A stretch of 63,805 nt of DNA, counting the filler, from Reticulomyxa filosa (Eukaryota > Protista > Foraminifera): the NCBI GenBank assembly GCA_000512085.1. It is 10 parts of 10 records of this genome, joined end to end, with 100 filler letters (N's around TTAATTAATTAA, not from the genome) between each part and the next. Parts side by side here need not be neighbours in the genome. Positions count along the whole stretch, not along the records: positions 31,946 to 42,666 come from ASPP01029692.1; positions 42,767 to 60,601 come from ASPP01008734.1; 8 more parts are not named here. The stretch is one strand, 5' to 3'. This document shows, piece by piece, positions 31,946 through 44,466 of the stretch; within the stretch, counting starts at the first letter, position 1; every line of letters begins with the position of its first letter. The notes below the pieces were generated by a model. That model was not told the DNA's origin. It saw nothing but the letters and a program-made list of their open reading frames with translations, and did no database searches. A program made the position numbers and the translations under genes.

Positions 31946-33103
31946 AAAAAAAAAAAAAAAAAAAAATTAAACTTGCATCGAACTGGTTGCACTTGGACCT
32001 GTCTTTACACATGCCCATGTGCACACTGATGAGACACTTGCGAACCAATTGAATGTGATCGATTTCTTTTTTGAGGAAATCTTGAATGCATTTGGCGATA
32101 ATTTTTTGGTTTTGATTGAGCAAATGAAAGTGTGTCTCAGAAGAGGTCATATGCTTTTCTTCCAAGTTTTTTTTTTCTTCTTTGCAATGTTGCAATCGTT
32201 TTACATTTTTCATATTGGTTTCTGTCGTGCCGTCGCTACGACTAACTTTCGATATCGACATTTCCAATTGACTTATTTCTTTTTTCAGCACTTCCAAATC
32301 GGAAGATAGCTTTGTTTCACAGATGGACCCACATTTGTCATGTATACATACACAAAAAGAGGTATGCAAAAAAAAAATTGTCAAAACTTTGTCAAACTCT
32401 TTTTGTGACGTGGCATTGCTTTTAATTGCTTTTTCCAACTTTTTGTTCAAATCGTCACTATCACTCTTATGTAATAAATACAAACTATTCATTTCTTCGC
32501 CCAGTTGTTTCAAGCTCTTTGCAAGCGACTCATGTTCGTTAATTATCGATTCTTCATTTTGAATCACTGTTTGCCATACACCTTGAAACATTCTACGGTC
32601 ATACACAAGGCATGTGTTTGCTTTTCTTTTTTTTATTGATCCATTTATTTCATATATCCCACCCCCTTCCTTTTCCTTTTATCTTTTTTTTTTTTTTCTT
32701 CTTTGTTCACTCAACGGTGACTCATTCACGTGGATATCTTTAATGGACGATGCCAACAATTGTGCATATTTCTTTTCAACTTCCGCTCGCTGCTGCAGGT
32801 AATGAGACAAATCCCTGCACGTTTGTTTGGATGCACGCATTCGCATATACATCTCTTTTTCATGATGAAATAACCTCCCAAATTGTTGGCTTAAAATTGA
32901 ATCCAAATCCACACTGTGCAACGCTATTGAGTATTCCATTGCCATCCTTTTACATTTCTAAAAAAAACGAAGGGAAAGTGTTTTTGCCAAACATTTTTTT
33001 TATCCTTGCCTTGCGGTTTTTGAATCAAGGGTGTACCGCACTGATCACAAAATTTTGCGTAGGCATTCAACGTGATATTGCAACTATCACAAACTTTGAA
33101 CAT
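31946..33103 (-). CDS. Zinc-ribbon + F-BAR (FCH) domain protein (3' partial, multi-exon)
   Basis: Exon 1 MFKVCDSCNITLNAYAKFCDQCGTPL, then a 35-nt intron (32992-32958), then CRDLSHYLQQRAEVEKKYAQLL (FCH motif) and a helical region. Confidence 0.75.
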
Positions 33104-33423
33104 TCTTTATGGAAGAGATTGAATTGAATGTTTTTCCTCCTTTTTTCAACACTTCCTGCTTTTAGTCTACAGCTGGTTTCACTCCGAAGATTTTTATTTC
33201 ATGTCAAATGAGCAAAAGTCAAGGCATTTCTGCAAGTTGAAATAAGATGCAATCTTTTCTTTCTACAAAATGCGTCACAACATTCAAATGTATAAATAAA
33301 ACGATTAGTAAAAGTTATAAATGAATTTTCCATCACTGTGTTTCGTCTATAAGCAAACCTGTTCCAAACTTTTTTTTTTGGGACAGTGCTCTTTTACAAA
33401 AAAAAACTGAAAAATAAAATAAA

Positions 33424-34376
33424 ATGACAGCCATAGATTTTGAAGCACTATTAGCAGAAGAGTTAGCCAAAAGTCTGGGTTCAAGTGAACAAAAATCGGA
33501 AAAAGAAAATGGCAAAGAAGTAGTGGCAAAGACGGCAAACGAGTCTCTTGAACACTATTTGTCAGAAAATGTATCATTCAGTTGAGACAAAATCAATTGA
33601 TCATGTAAGTGAACAGATGAGGAACAAAGAATGAAAAAACAAAACAAAATAAAAAAGCAAAGAAAATGAAGCTCTCAAATGATTACAAATTGAAATCACC
33701 AATTGGGAGTACTTATTACATTCGAAATTACATAACCCCAACGGAAGAGTCTGACATAATGGAAAAGATAATGGATTCTAGAGTAAAAAATGAATGGGTA
33801 CAATTGAAACGAAGGAAGCTGTTATGCTTTGGAGAAAAGGCAAAACAGAGCAAAGGCAATGAAAAAAAAAAAGAAAGCGAATTGGCAATGGCAAAGTGGT
33901 GTGAGTTACTCATTGATAAAATTTGCAATGACTCCGAGATATTCGACGAACATCACCGCCCCAATCACATTTTGATCAATAATTATGAAATTGGAGAAGG
34001 TATTATGGCACATAAAGACGGTCCCGCCTATTATCCGTTGGTTTGTATATTATCTTTGCATTCCGCCATTACGATTCTATTTTTTCAAAAACCTCCTGTT
34101 GTCCGCAAATCAGAAGACGGTCATTCTTTGATTCAACTCAAGCCAAATCCTGTTTTGCAAGTTATCTTGGAACCAAGAAGTCTCTTCATATTTCGAGATG
34201 ACTTGTATCATCACTATTACCATATGATTCTGGAAGCTGACAATGATGTCATTTTTGATACTTGTGTTAATCACAATCTCACCTTTCCCACTTTCTCGGT
34301 CGGGGACGTTTTGCCCAGAAAGCAAAAAAGAGTTAGTATTACTATTCGTCATTTTTACTATCAGGACACTGACTGA
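33424..34376 (+). CDS. ALKBH6: AlkB-family 2OG-Fe(II) dioxygenase, ALKBH6-like
   Basis: PNHILINNY..GEGIMAHKDGPAYYP, LEPRSL..F, YYHMI, RVSITIR. Probable first exon 33424-33570 (MTAIDFEALLAEE). Confidence 0.85.
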
Positions 34377-34763
34377 ATTCTTTTTATTTGTTTTTTTTTC
34401 TTGTAAGGAAGGAAATCCTGATTATAATTGACAAACTATCTGCAATGTAGCTTACTTCATTTCGTTTTGTTAGATAACTTCAAAAAAATTTAATTTTTGA
34501 AGTCCGCAGGACATTTACCCAATTCTACAATTGTGTCATATCACTTAAATATTAAAGAATAAAGTCTGTAGCATGCTTTATAAAAAAAGTCGCTACTCGT
34601 CACGATCTTATTTATGTTTTATTAATGAGTAAACATTTTCAATTATATTAAATCAACAAAGAGCAAATGATAACATTGGGAACTTTTACTGTTCTCGCGC
34701 GACTGCGATTGATTGTCTGTCAAGTTGAAGTTAGCGAAATTAAAAAACAATTTTTATCAGATT

Positions 34764-37700
34764 ATGGATTGCACATTGTTTCAATTTTTGCCTATGCTGT
34801 CGTTACTATTGTTGTTTATTGCCTCGCCGGTGTCAAGTACTGTCCTAGGCATAGATCTTGGCAAGGAGTTTATCAAAGTTGGGTGACGTCATCTAAAATA
34901 TTTATGTTGTCTGCCTCAAAGACTGTTCAAGGATGAGGTGTGTAAGATAAAAGTTTGTCAAAAAAAAAACGCAACAACTAAATATTTCAAAAGGTTGCAG
35001 CTGTTGCGCCTGGCCGCTCATTTGAAATTGTATTGGACGAGTCCTCCAAGAGATCGCATCCGTCGCTGATCGTCTTTGATGAAGACGTGCGACAGTATGG
35101 TACAGCAGCATCATCTCTAGTTGTGTCGAATAAGCCACAAACAAAATGATAACTTTCAACTTTTGCAAAGTACGAAGATGATTTGATCATCAGTGAGAGA
35201 GAGAGAGAGAAAAAAATTTAAAAAAATAAAATGATAATTAACAAACAAAGGTTGGACGTCGTCCATTGAAATCGTTTCAACAATTTACGCGCTTATTGGG
35301 GAAACCCGCGAATGGAAAGAGAATGAAAGAGGAAATGAAGAGACATTATTTGTTTTCGACGTTAATAACAAATGACACACGCGGAGTGTATCGATTTGAA
35401 TCCCCGTATTTGGAATCAATAATTGACGGTCAATCGAGCAAATCGGGCTATGTATTGACTGCAAAGTCCTATACGGTGGAAGAGGTGACAGCGATGAAAT
35501 TGCAACATATCAAAGCAATGGCAGATCGAAGTACAGACGCAGACGTCACAGATTGCATCCTCACAGTTTGTATGTGTGAATAATGGATGGACGAGAACCT
35601 CCTTTTGCAAACACTTTTTTTTTTCCTTGGTTTGTTGGTGTTGGTGTTGATGTTGATGATAATGGATGATGATTGATGGTGCACAACAGGTACCACATTT
35701 TTGGACGTACAAAGAACGTCGTGCGTTGTTGGACGCTGTTCAATTGGCCGGATTAAATGCATTTGGTTTAATCAACGAAAACACAGCCGGTTTCGAATTA
35801 CATTACACACATACACATACATATACACATATATATCTCCTCCTTCTTCCTTCTATCTATTTCTATTCCAATCTCTTCAAAATGCAATGTGCTGATTTGA
35901 ATGATTGAAACATTAGCTGCCATCCAATATGCGATCACGATGGAGTTCCAAGCGCACACAGACGATATATATGTGTTCTACAACATGGGCTCGCTTTCGA
36001 CCCAGGTCAGCGTGATCCGGTTCTTTGCTTACGAAGAGAAGGTCAGCAAAGCCTCGAAACACACAAAGATAATGCTGGCATTTGAAGTGCTGGGCCAGGG
36101 ATGGGACGAAATGCTCGGAGGAGCGGAATTTGACTTGGCGATTGTCGACTTGCTGATCGACAGCGTCAAAGACATGTTAGCCAAAAACAAAGTCGACGCC
36201 GCTGACATTGCTTCGATCAAAACCAACCCCAAACTGATGACAAGACTCAAACAAGAAGCGCAAAAGGCCAAAAGGGTTTTGTCCGCCAACAAAGAAACCG
36301 TTGTCAGCGTTTCGTAGAGCGTTCACTCTTCTTTGTATGTGCTCACTGCTTTGATACTTGAATGCTTGTCGTCTTTTTACATGCTAACTGCACAAGCTTT
36401 ACATACACACATATATGCATATACATATATATACATATATGTATATATATATGTATATATATGTTGAACTTTAGATTGAAGGACTATATGCTGATTTTGA
36501 TTTCAAACATCCCATCACTCGCGAGCGCTTCTACGCTGCTTCTGCCCACTTGTTCGACAAAGTCACTTTGCCCATCGATGTCGCACTGGCCAGAGCCGGC
36601 GTATCCAAGGACAAGGTCGAGGGCATTGTGTTACTGGGCGGAGGCACGCGCGTTCCTCGAGTTCGAGAATTATTGACTGACTATCTTGTAGGCAAGTTGG
36701 TGAATTAACACATACATATACATATATATATATATGTAAATGTTTATATATTTATATATTTATATATTCCTGTATAAACAATGACCGTAATGCTTATACA
36801 ATACAGTGTCATGACCACAATACAAAAGAAAAAAAAACACACATTGACATATGCCTTTGTTGTCATTGAATTAGACCTTTGAAAGAAAACTTGAACGCAG
36901 AAGAGGGGCCAGCCATGGGCACCGCCTTTCGTGCAGCCAATCTGAGCAGTGCGTTCCGTGTTCGACACATTGGACTGGAAGATATAAGTTCGTTCCCGAT
37001 AGGAGTGCGATTGAAGAACTTGAAGCCAACGACGGCAGAGGAAAAGGAGTTTTCCAAGCGTGGCACTTTGTTCCCAATGAACAATCGCTTGCACAAGCGA
37101 CGAGGAGTGACGCTGGCACATTCGCACGATCTCCACGTTCACATTTTTTACGAAAAGGATGCCCCCTTGCCGTTGGACACAACCAGCGACTTGGGTTGGT
37201 TCGAAGTGACGGGTATCAAAGCCGCCATCAAAAAGTACACGTTGCCAGACTACAATGTAATCTCACCACCAAAGATTCATCTGTCCTTTCGCTTGGACGC
37301 TAGTGGCATGATTGACTTGGTGCAGGGCACTGCGACGTTCGTGGAAGTGTATTCCGAAGAGAAAAGAGACAACAGTGCCGTCTCTGGAGACGGACAGAAC
37401 ACCAAAGACCAAAAAGAGCGCAGACACGTGGTCACGCTGGATGTGGTTCGACATCCTCCAAACGACGTCCAATGGTACGACGCCCAGGCTTTGGAGCTTT
37501 CACGCAAGATTTTGATGGAATTGGAAGAGAAGGACAGAAGCGTCATTGATACCGCCAACACTCTCAATGCGCTTGAAACTTACATCCTTGAAACCAGAAA
37601 TGCTCTGTATTCCAACAAGATCGTTGAAAAGATTTCCACCGAAGCTGAAAGAAACAAACTCCTTCAAGCTCTTACACAAACAGAGGAGTGGATGGCAAAT

Positions 37701-38395
37701 TGTTAAAACTTGTTTTTTTTTTTTTACAACTACAAATGCAAAATATATACATATATATATATATATATCATGCAAATTATTGTCGCTTTAGTCCATCTGT
37801 TTGTTTATTTGTGTTGTTCATATTCGTATTTTACAGCTCTTGACGACACTGTTGAAGTGTATCACAAGAAATTGAGAGAACTCAAAGAATTGGGAGATCC
37901 CATATTCACAAAAGTTCACGAAATCGAACAACTCCCAAAAACGATTGAAACAGCCGGCAAAACAATCCACAAATTGTACGAGTCTGTTGAAATTCTCAAA
38001 AAAAACCACTCTTGGGTGCAGTCGAGTGAAATAGAAGACTTGTACAAAAAGACAAAGGGCTTCGAAGAATGGCTAAATGAAAAGATTGAGTTGCAATCCG
38101 AACAGCCTCCGACAGCCAAACCTGTATTTACTGTTCAAGAAATTGAAGATCGCATGTCCGAAATTTTAAATATTGCTCAACAGCTCATCACCAGAAAACC
38201 ACCTTCAAATTACCACAAAAAGAAAAGTTAAAAACTTTAAATAAACAAACAACACTTCATTGTGTCAATACTAAAACAAACTTCTATCTGTGGCGTAAAT
38301 ATCGTGAAACAACAGAAGAGGAAACCACTGATACTCGTGAACATGGAAGTACAGCCGAAACTGCCAAACAAGAACCCACAAAAGGAGATCTTTAA
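34764..38395 (+). CDS. HYOU1: ER Hsp70-family nucleotide exchange factor GRP170/HYOU1 (multi-exon)
   Basis: Signal peptide + VLGIDLG, TVPHFW..ERRALLDA..LAG, FYNMGS, LGGAEFD, KRVLSAN, LLGGGTRVP, NALETYI. Ends KGDL*. Confidence 0.9.
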
Positions 38396-38578
38396 TATAT
38401 ATGTTGTGTGAATTTCGACCTATTTGAATTAATTTTTTTAACTCGCACAATCAGCTTACTTGATGCATAATCACACCTTTCCACTCAATAACAAAAAACC
38501 AAAAACATTGAAAAAAAAATGTGTTGTTCTGATAAAAAAAAAAGGGATCATACTTTTTTATATTACAATAAAAAAAAA

Positions 38579-40453
38579 ATGGGATTGATTTCTAATATTC
38601 TGACAGCAATTCCGATATTGTATCTCCTTTATATGTCATACACAATGAGTGTGACTCTTTATTCGTTATGGAATCCGGATTTATGTCAACCAAACGAAAC
38701 AACCAACGGCAACAACGTTTGTTTTTGCCCTTCATTTAAGAATGCTTCATTGGTTCTTGATCTTTATTTGTCCAATGATTCTTCTATGTCAATACGAGGA
38801 TTGTCTGATCTAACAGACCCTCGTTCGACAGTGTTATTGCATTCAACTGACATTTCAATGGAAACAAGTTGGGATCAGCAATTGAAGAAGAGCCAAACCA
38901 TAAATGGTTGGGATTACAACCTACAACGCAATGGTTCAGTATTGTATGTATACGTAGTGGGATATTTGAACATGGGAAAAGAAGCGCAAAGACTCGATAC
39001 CAGAAAAAAAAGAAACATAAAAAATATGTTTGCAATGGAGCGGATACCATTGTTGTATGCAAGCGAGCCGCAAGCAGAGACATACAATCTCTGGAAAGAA
39101 ACAGAAAACACGAGCACATGTGATAAGACCCAAACGCAGATGAATGCTAATGTAACTTCGAGGAAAGAATATTGGAAAGTACCATTTTGGAAACCAAATA
39201 TTACAATATATTATTTGACGGACTTCACATGTTTTCGTATCGATCAACAAACGCAAAATAAAATTGTTGACATGTGGCACGTGTTTAGAACGCACAATAT
39301 CCGTCGATCAAAACGACCACAAGTTTGACTGTTTTCTCTCTTGTCTCTTTCTCTTCAAAAAGAAAAACAAAAACTATTAAAAAAAAAAAAAAAAAGACAA
39401 TATGATCCAATTGTTTATTCTTTTTTATTGACATCTTTGCACAAATGGTCAGTTCAATTAATGAATAAATATGGCGATTTAATGGCTCCCAATTCTTCTA
39501 TCAACGAAAATGAGAAAGAATTGTTTGACCTTGCTAAACTTCCTTTGCAAATCACAATATCACCCATTTCATTAGGATTTTTTCGCCTATATTTAATGAT
39601 GGATAATTCATTCCATGCTTTAATGTCTTCCTGGTATGAACTCAAGGAAACAGATATAGATCAAATTAAGTCATTATTCGTGGATACTAGTCCAATTTTG
39701 ATCTTGTCCACTTTTGTGGTGGCAATTCTACATTCCATTTTTAGCATTTTGGCTCTGAAATCGGATATTAGTTATTGGAATGACAATGAAAATAACAATC
39801 AGAATTTACACGGGATTTCCGTAAATAGCATTCTATTTGAATGCATCTCTTCGTTTGTTATATTGCTGTACTTAATTGACTCTCAGCAGACAAACAAAAT
39901 TATTATCACTTTAATGATCTTAGAATGTTGTACATCGTTGTGGAAAATATACAAAATTTATCAAATTCGAAAAACTCAAATTTCTCGCCAACAACAATCA
40001 GATGCAAATGGCAATGTCTCTCCTGCTTCTAACATTTCAAATTCGACTGAAAGTTTGGATAAGAAAGCCACCCGGTTTTTGTTGCTCATTCTTATTCCCG
40101 TCATTATCGGGTATGGATGCTATTCCTTCATCTATGAAAAACATAAGTCCATTATTTCCTTTCTTATCAACGTTTCTGCATCATGTGTATATGGATTGGG
40201 ATTCATTCACTTGACACCACAATTGTTTATTAATTATGAATTAAAATCCGTTGATTCCTTACCATGGAAAGTGCTGATTTATCGCTTTTTCAACACTTTT
40301 GTTGATGATCTCTTTTCTTTTGTTATTGAAATGCCTTTTTTACATAGATTGGCTTGTTTTCGAGATGATGTTGTATTTATTGTGTTTCTTATTCAATGGT
40401 ACAAGTATGGATCCAAAGACAAATCTCACAATGACAATAAAAAAAATGATTAA
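38579..40453 (+). CDS. CLPTM1-family membrane protein (2 exons)
   Basis: LALKSDISYW, TPQLFINYELKSV..LPW, YRFFNTFVDDLFSFVIEMP.LHRLACFRDD. Confidence 0.92.
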
Positions 40454-41007
40454 CATATTCTTTTTTTTTGCTTTTTGTTCTGCGATTATTGCCCTCAGTA
40501 TGTTTACTTATTCCGGCTTGTGTTTTGCTCTGTTAGAAATTTTACTATTCTCAAAAATAATTATGAGAATAGTGCTGACTTTAACAAAACTGATTTCATA
40601 GCACAAGAACTCGTAACTTCTTATACAATACTTTTGCATCGTACTAAAATAAAGGTTTGTGAATGTAAAAACAATATCTTTGATGGCTAACAAACCTATC
40701 CTGAACTAAAACTAATTAATAAAAAATTAAAATGGAAAAAATGGCCTTTGAGCCTTAAAAATATTTTAGTGCGTCAAAGAATAAGATTTTAAAAATGAAA
40801 TAGGATATTTTTTAAACACTTTGATTTCATTGAGAAAATGATTATGTCTAACAGTTACTAAGAAAAGCAATTGAAGCAACCTTTGTTACTGACAAGATGT
40901 AATCTAATAATTAAAACTACAAACGAATGAAAAATAAAAGGACGAAGAGCGGTGAAAAAAACTCTACAGTGAGAAAAAAAAGACAATTTAAGAACTTTAG
41001 GAATAAA

Positions 41008-41851
41008 ATGGGAAATTGTTGTAAAACAGTCCCAGAAGATTTAGTAGATTTTTTGAGATGTACACCTTTTTTCAAGATAGATGAAGCTTTGTTAGAAGAT
41101 CTGGGAAGAAGTTTTGAAAGACAGTATTTTCCGGCAAATAAAGAATTATGGACGGAAGGAATGGAAGATATAAAATTTACGATAATAGCATCAGGAGAAG
41201 TGAGATTAGTACATAAATTGGAGAATAAGCGTTCAATAATAATACAAAAAGAGAAAGGTCAATGTATAGGATATGAAGCATTAAATAATAAATTTTTAAA
41301 AGTAAATTATTCAGCAACAGCAATAGTAGATACATATTGTTATCAACTTGAATTTGATGCATTATCACGTTTTTGGAGATCACATTCATTAGCTCAAGAA
41401 ATATTTCGTAAATGTCATGTAATACCATTAGATTCATATTTACGTAAAATGAATATATTTAAAAGTTTAAATGATGAACAATCAGTATTATTAGCAAATA
41501 TGTTTAAATGGAAAATATTAAAACAAGGAGAAACATTATTTGAAGAAGGAGAATATGGTAATACATTATATTTAGTAGCAATAGGATGTGTACAAGTAAT
41601 GGCTAAAGTAACAAAAGAAAATGAAGATGCAGAAATGGTAGCATTTGAATTAGAGAAAGCAAATTCAACAACTAATGAAAATGAAAATGAAAATGAAAAT
41701 AAGAATGAGAATGGTGGAGATGAAATTCTTACTACACAAATAGCAGGAGTAGGAGTTAAAATAAAGCAATCAACAGATATTACAGATATAAGACAACGTA
41801 ATAATACAGAAACAACAAATACAAATGAAATAAATATGAATAAGCAATTAT

Positions 41852-41883
<32 letters not shown>

Positions 41884-42666
41884 ACAAATGAAGAAAATAC
41901 TCGTGTTGTATATGAATTTCGAGAAGGTGATTTTTTTGGAGAAGTATCATTAATTGTACATATGCCAAGAACAGGAACTATTAAAGCTTCAGAAGATACT
42001 TTATTATTAGAATTACATAAAAATGAATTTCAAAAATATGCTCCTTATGATAAAAAAGTTGTTGAAGAATTACAATCTGCAGCACATCAAAGAATTGCAC
42101 AATCATTAAGACGTTGGCGTATTCCTTTATTTCGTTCTGTACCATTAGATCAATTTGAATTATTATCTAAATTATCAACAATTCGTTATTATAATAAAGG
42201 AGAAGAAATTATTGGTCCAAATCGTAGAATTCGAGCATTATGGGTTATTGCACATGGTAAAGTAGTTATGAATATATAAATGTATATATATATATAAATG
42301 TATATATATAATTATATATTTATTCATTTATTTTTTTAATTTTTTATATAGTCCGTTAAAGTAATCAAACGAAAACAAGTAATGGAAAAAGCAACTAGTG
42401 TACCATCAACAACCATTTCTATTGATGAAAAAGAACACAGTGAAGAAAAAACAGAAGAACACTCTTTGGAACATACAAATACTGATATCTCTGCTCATTT
42501 ACTTAAAGTTAGTAATATTCATCGTGTAGATGAATCTAAATCTAGAAAAGATTTAGAAAGATTATCTTTTTTAGCTTCTTCTGTTAGTAATGAGCAAATG
42601 AATATTCAAGCTGATATTGAACAAAGTGATATAAAAGAAGAAGTATCTACAATAGAAAATAATAAT
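41008..42666 (+). CDS. Multi-cNMP-binding-domain protein with N-terminal MGNCC acylation motif (3' partial)
   Basis: Three cNMP-like domains, with GETLFEEGEYGNTLYLV and FFGEVSLI..PRTGT. Confidence 0.85.
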
Positions 42667-42766
42667 NNNNNNNNNNNNNNNNNNNNNNNNNNNNNNNNNN
42701 NNNNNNNNNNTTAATTAATTAANNNNNNNNNNNNNNNNNNNNNNNNNNNNNNNNNNNNNNNNNNNN
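42667..42766. other. Artificial contig linker
   Basis: Same 100-bp linker. Confidence 0.99.
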
Positions 42767-43843
42767 TCCTCCTCTCTCTCTCTCTCTCGTATTATTTTCA
42801 CAACTGTCAAAATTGAAAGCGGTCGGTGTAAATTGACTTTGTTCATTAGTTTGGGAAAAGGACAGGTCAAAAATCTCAGCGTCCATATCGGCGTCATCTT
42901 TGATATTCAAATTTTTCAAACTGTCGCTTCGCTCGTGCTTCTTCGTTTCGTTAGCATTACCATCATTGTATTCGCGGATGGTCATCACGACATTGGTCGG
43001 ATTACCATTTCTGCTGTGACTTATGTTATCACTGACGTTGGGTTTGAGACTCATGTTGGTCTTGCCTCCTTTTTTTTTTCCATTTATATTTGCATTTGCA
43101 TTTACATTTGTATTTACATTCGCATTACTTTTTGTTGTGTTGTTGTTGTTGTTGTTGTTGGCACAGCAGTAGTGCTGTTAGCTCGGAAAGCCTTCGACAG
43201 GGGCGATCTGTTACTCCTTTCCTCACGACTCGTAGACGTTCTGGATTCAACTGTCGACGTTTGTATTGCCAATGGAATCTTTTTTTTTTTCGAATGCGTA
43301 TTGCCATTATTAATGTTCGGACTTGTGTCTTTCTCTTTTTTGTTTTCGATATTCGAAGTACTTTTCGCTGTGAGTAATCGACCTACTTTTGATTTCATTG
43401 ATTCTGGATTTTTCTTGGAAGACTCGTTTTCTTTTTCTCCTTTCCCTCCTGAATATAACACTACACATGCAACTGATATTTTTTTGCTACTTTCTTACGT
43501 TTGTGGAAAAATACACAATGCTTTCCAAAGAACAAATTCAATTAATATATTACACCGTGTGTATGTGTGTATGCGAACATTCCATGTGAAAAATATCAAA
43601 CTTCACGTTTTCATTAACCTTGCAGTGTTTCCAATAGCTTGTTTTCCTTCACAAAGATACCGTGCGAATTAGAACATTCAAAATATCGAATTCGATTTAC
43701 ACTTCCGTCGTTCTTCCCGTTTTTTCATCCAGTTCAATTCCATACCAAATGCCTTCAGCAAAAAACACTGAACCTATAAATTTCACTTCACCTTGTCCAT
43801 AGTCGGATAGTTGCACGCGATCACCTATGACTAACCTCAACAT
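42767..43843 (-). CDS. CAP-Gly domain protein (p150Glued/CLIP-170-like N-terminus); 3' partial; 1-nt frameshift at ~43722
   Basis: MLRLVIGDRVQL..GEVKFIG..FAEGIWYGIELDEK + NGKNDGSVNRIRYFEC..HGIFVK once one A is restored. Followed by basic Ser/Thr-rich exons. Confidence 0.85.
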
Positions 43844-44466
43844 TTTTTTAAGCTTTTTTTGCATGCATCCCTTCTTTAACGCACAGTGAAACGGTTAACA
43901 CATTTCAATCCATTAACTTTCAATTCAAAGATACGCCTGGCAGAGTGTAAGGAATGAATTTAATCAAATTGCACTGCTGCTACTTGGATAACAAATTAAC
44001 ATTATCTCTCAAATAAGACTAGCAAGAATAAAATTGTCGTGAATTGCTAAAATCATCTTTGGAAGATATTGTAAAGAAAAGACCACAAGAATTAACGATT
44101 GACTGAAAACACTTAAAATCAATACTCAAAAAAAATTGATATTTTCCGTGCGAGACCAACATTTTTTAATATCCATAAATCGTGAATAGTTCAAGACCTG
44201 ATTGTTGTTTCACAAATTTTGAATTCCAAAAATTAAATTTTTTAATATTCTTCAAATTTTTATAAGGTATCACAGTTTTATTTATCAAAAGTTATAAATA
44301 TTGCATTGTTTCTAGACTTAAAAAACTATCTTACTATAAAAACAGCTATTTTCATAGACAGATTGTTTGTGTACTTTTTTATTAAACAAAGAAATGCTAA
44401 CACAAAGGAACGAAGCAAGCGCTCGTTAACGTTTTTTGGAAGAACATTCTGTCCCTTGCCCCACAA

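Noticed and set aside
42833-43672. 279-aa hydrophobic plus-strand ORF
   Set aside because: Antisense shadow of the minus-strand CAP-Gly gene.
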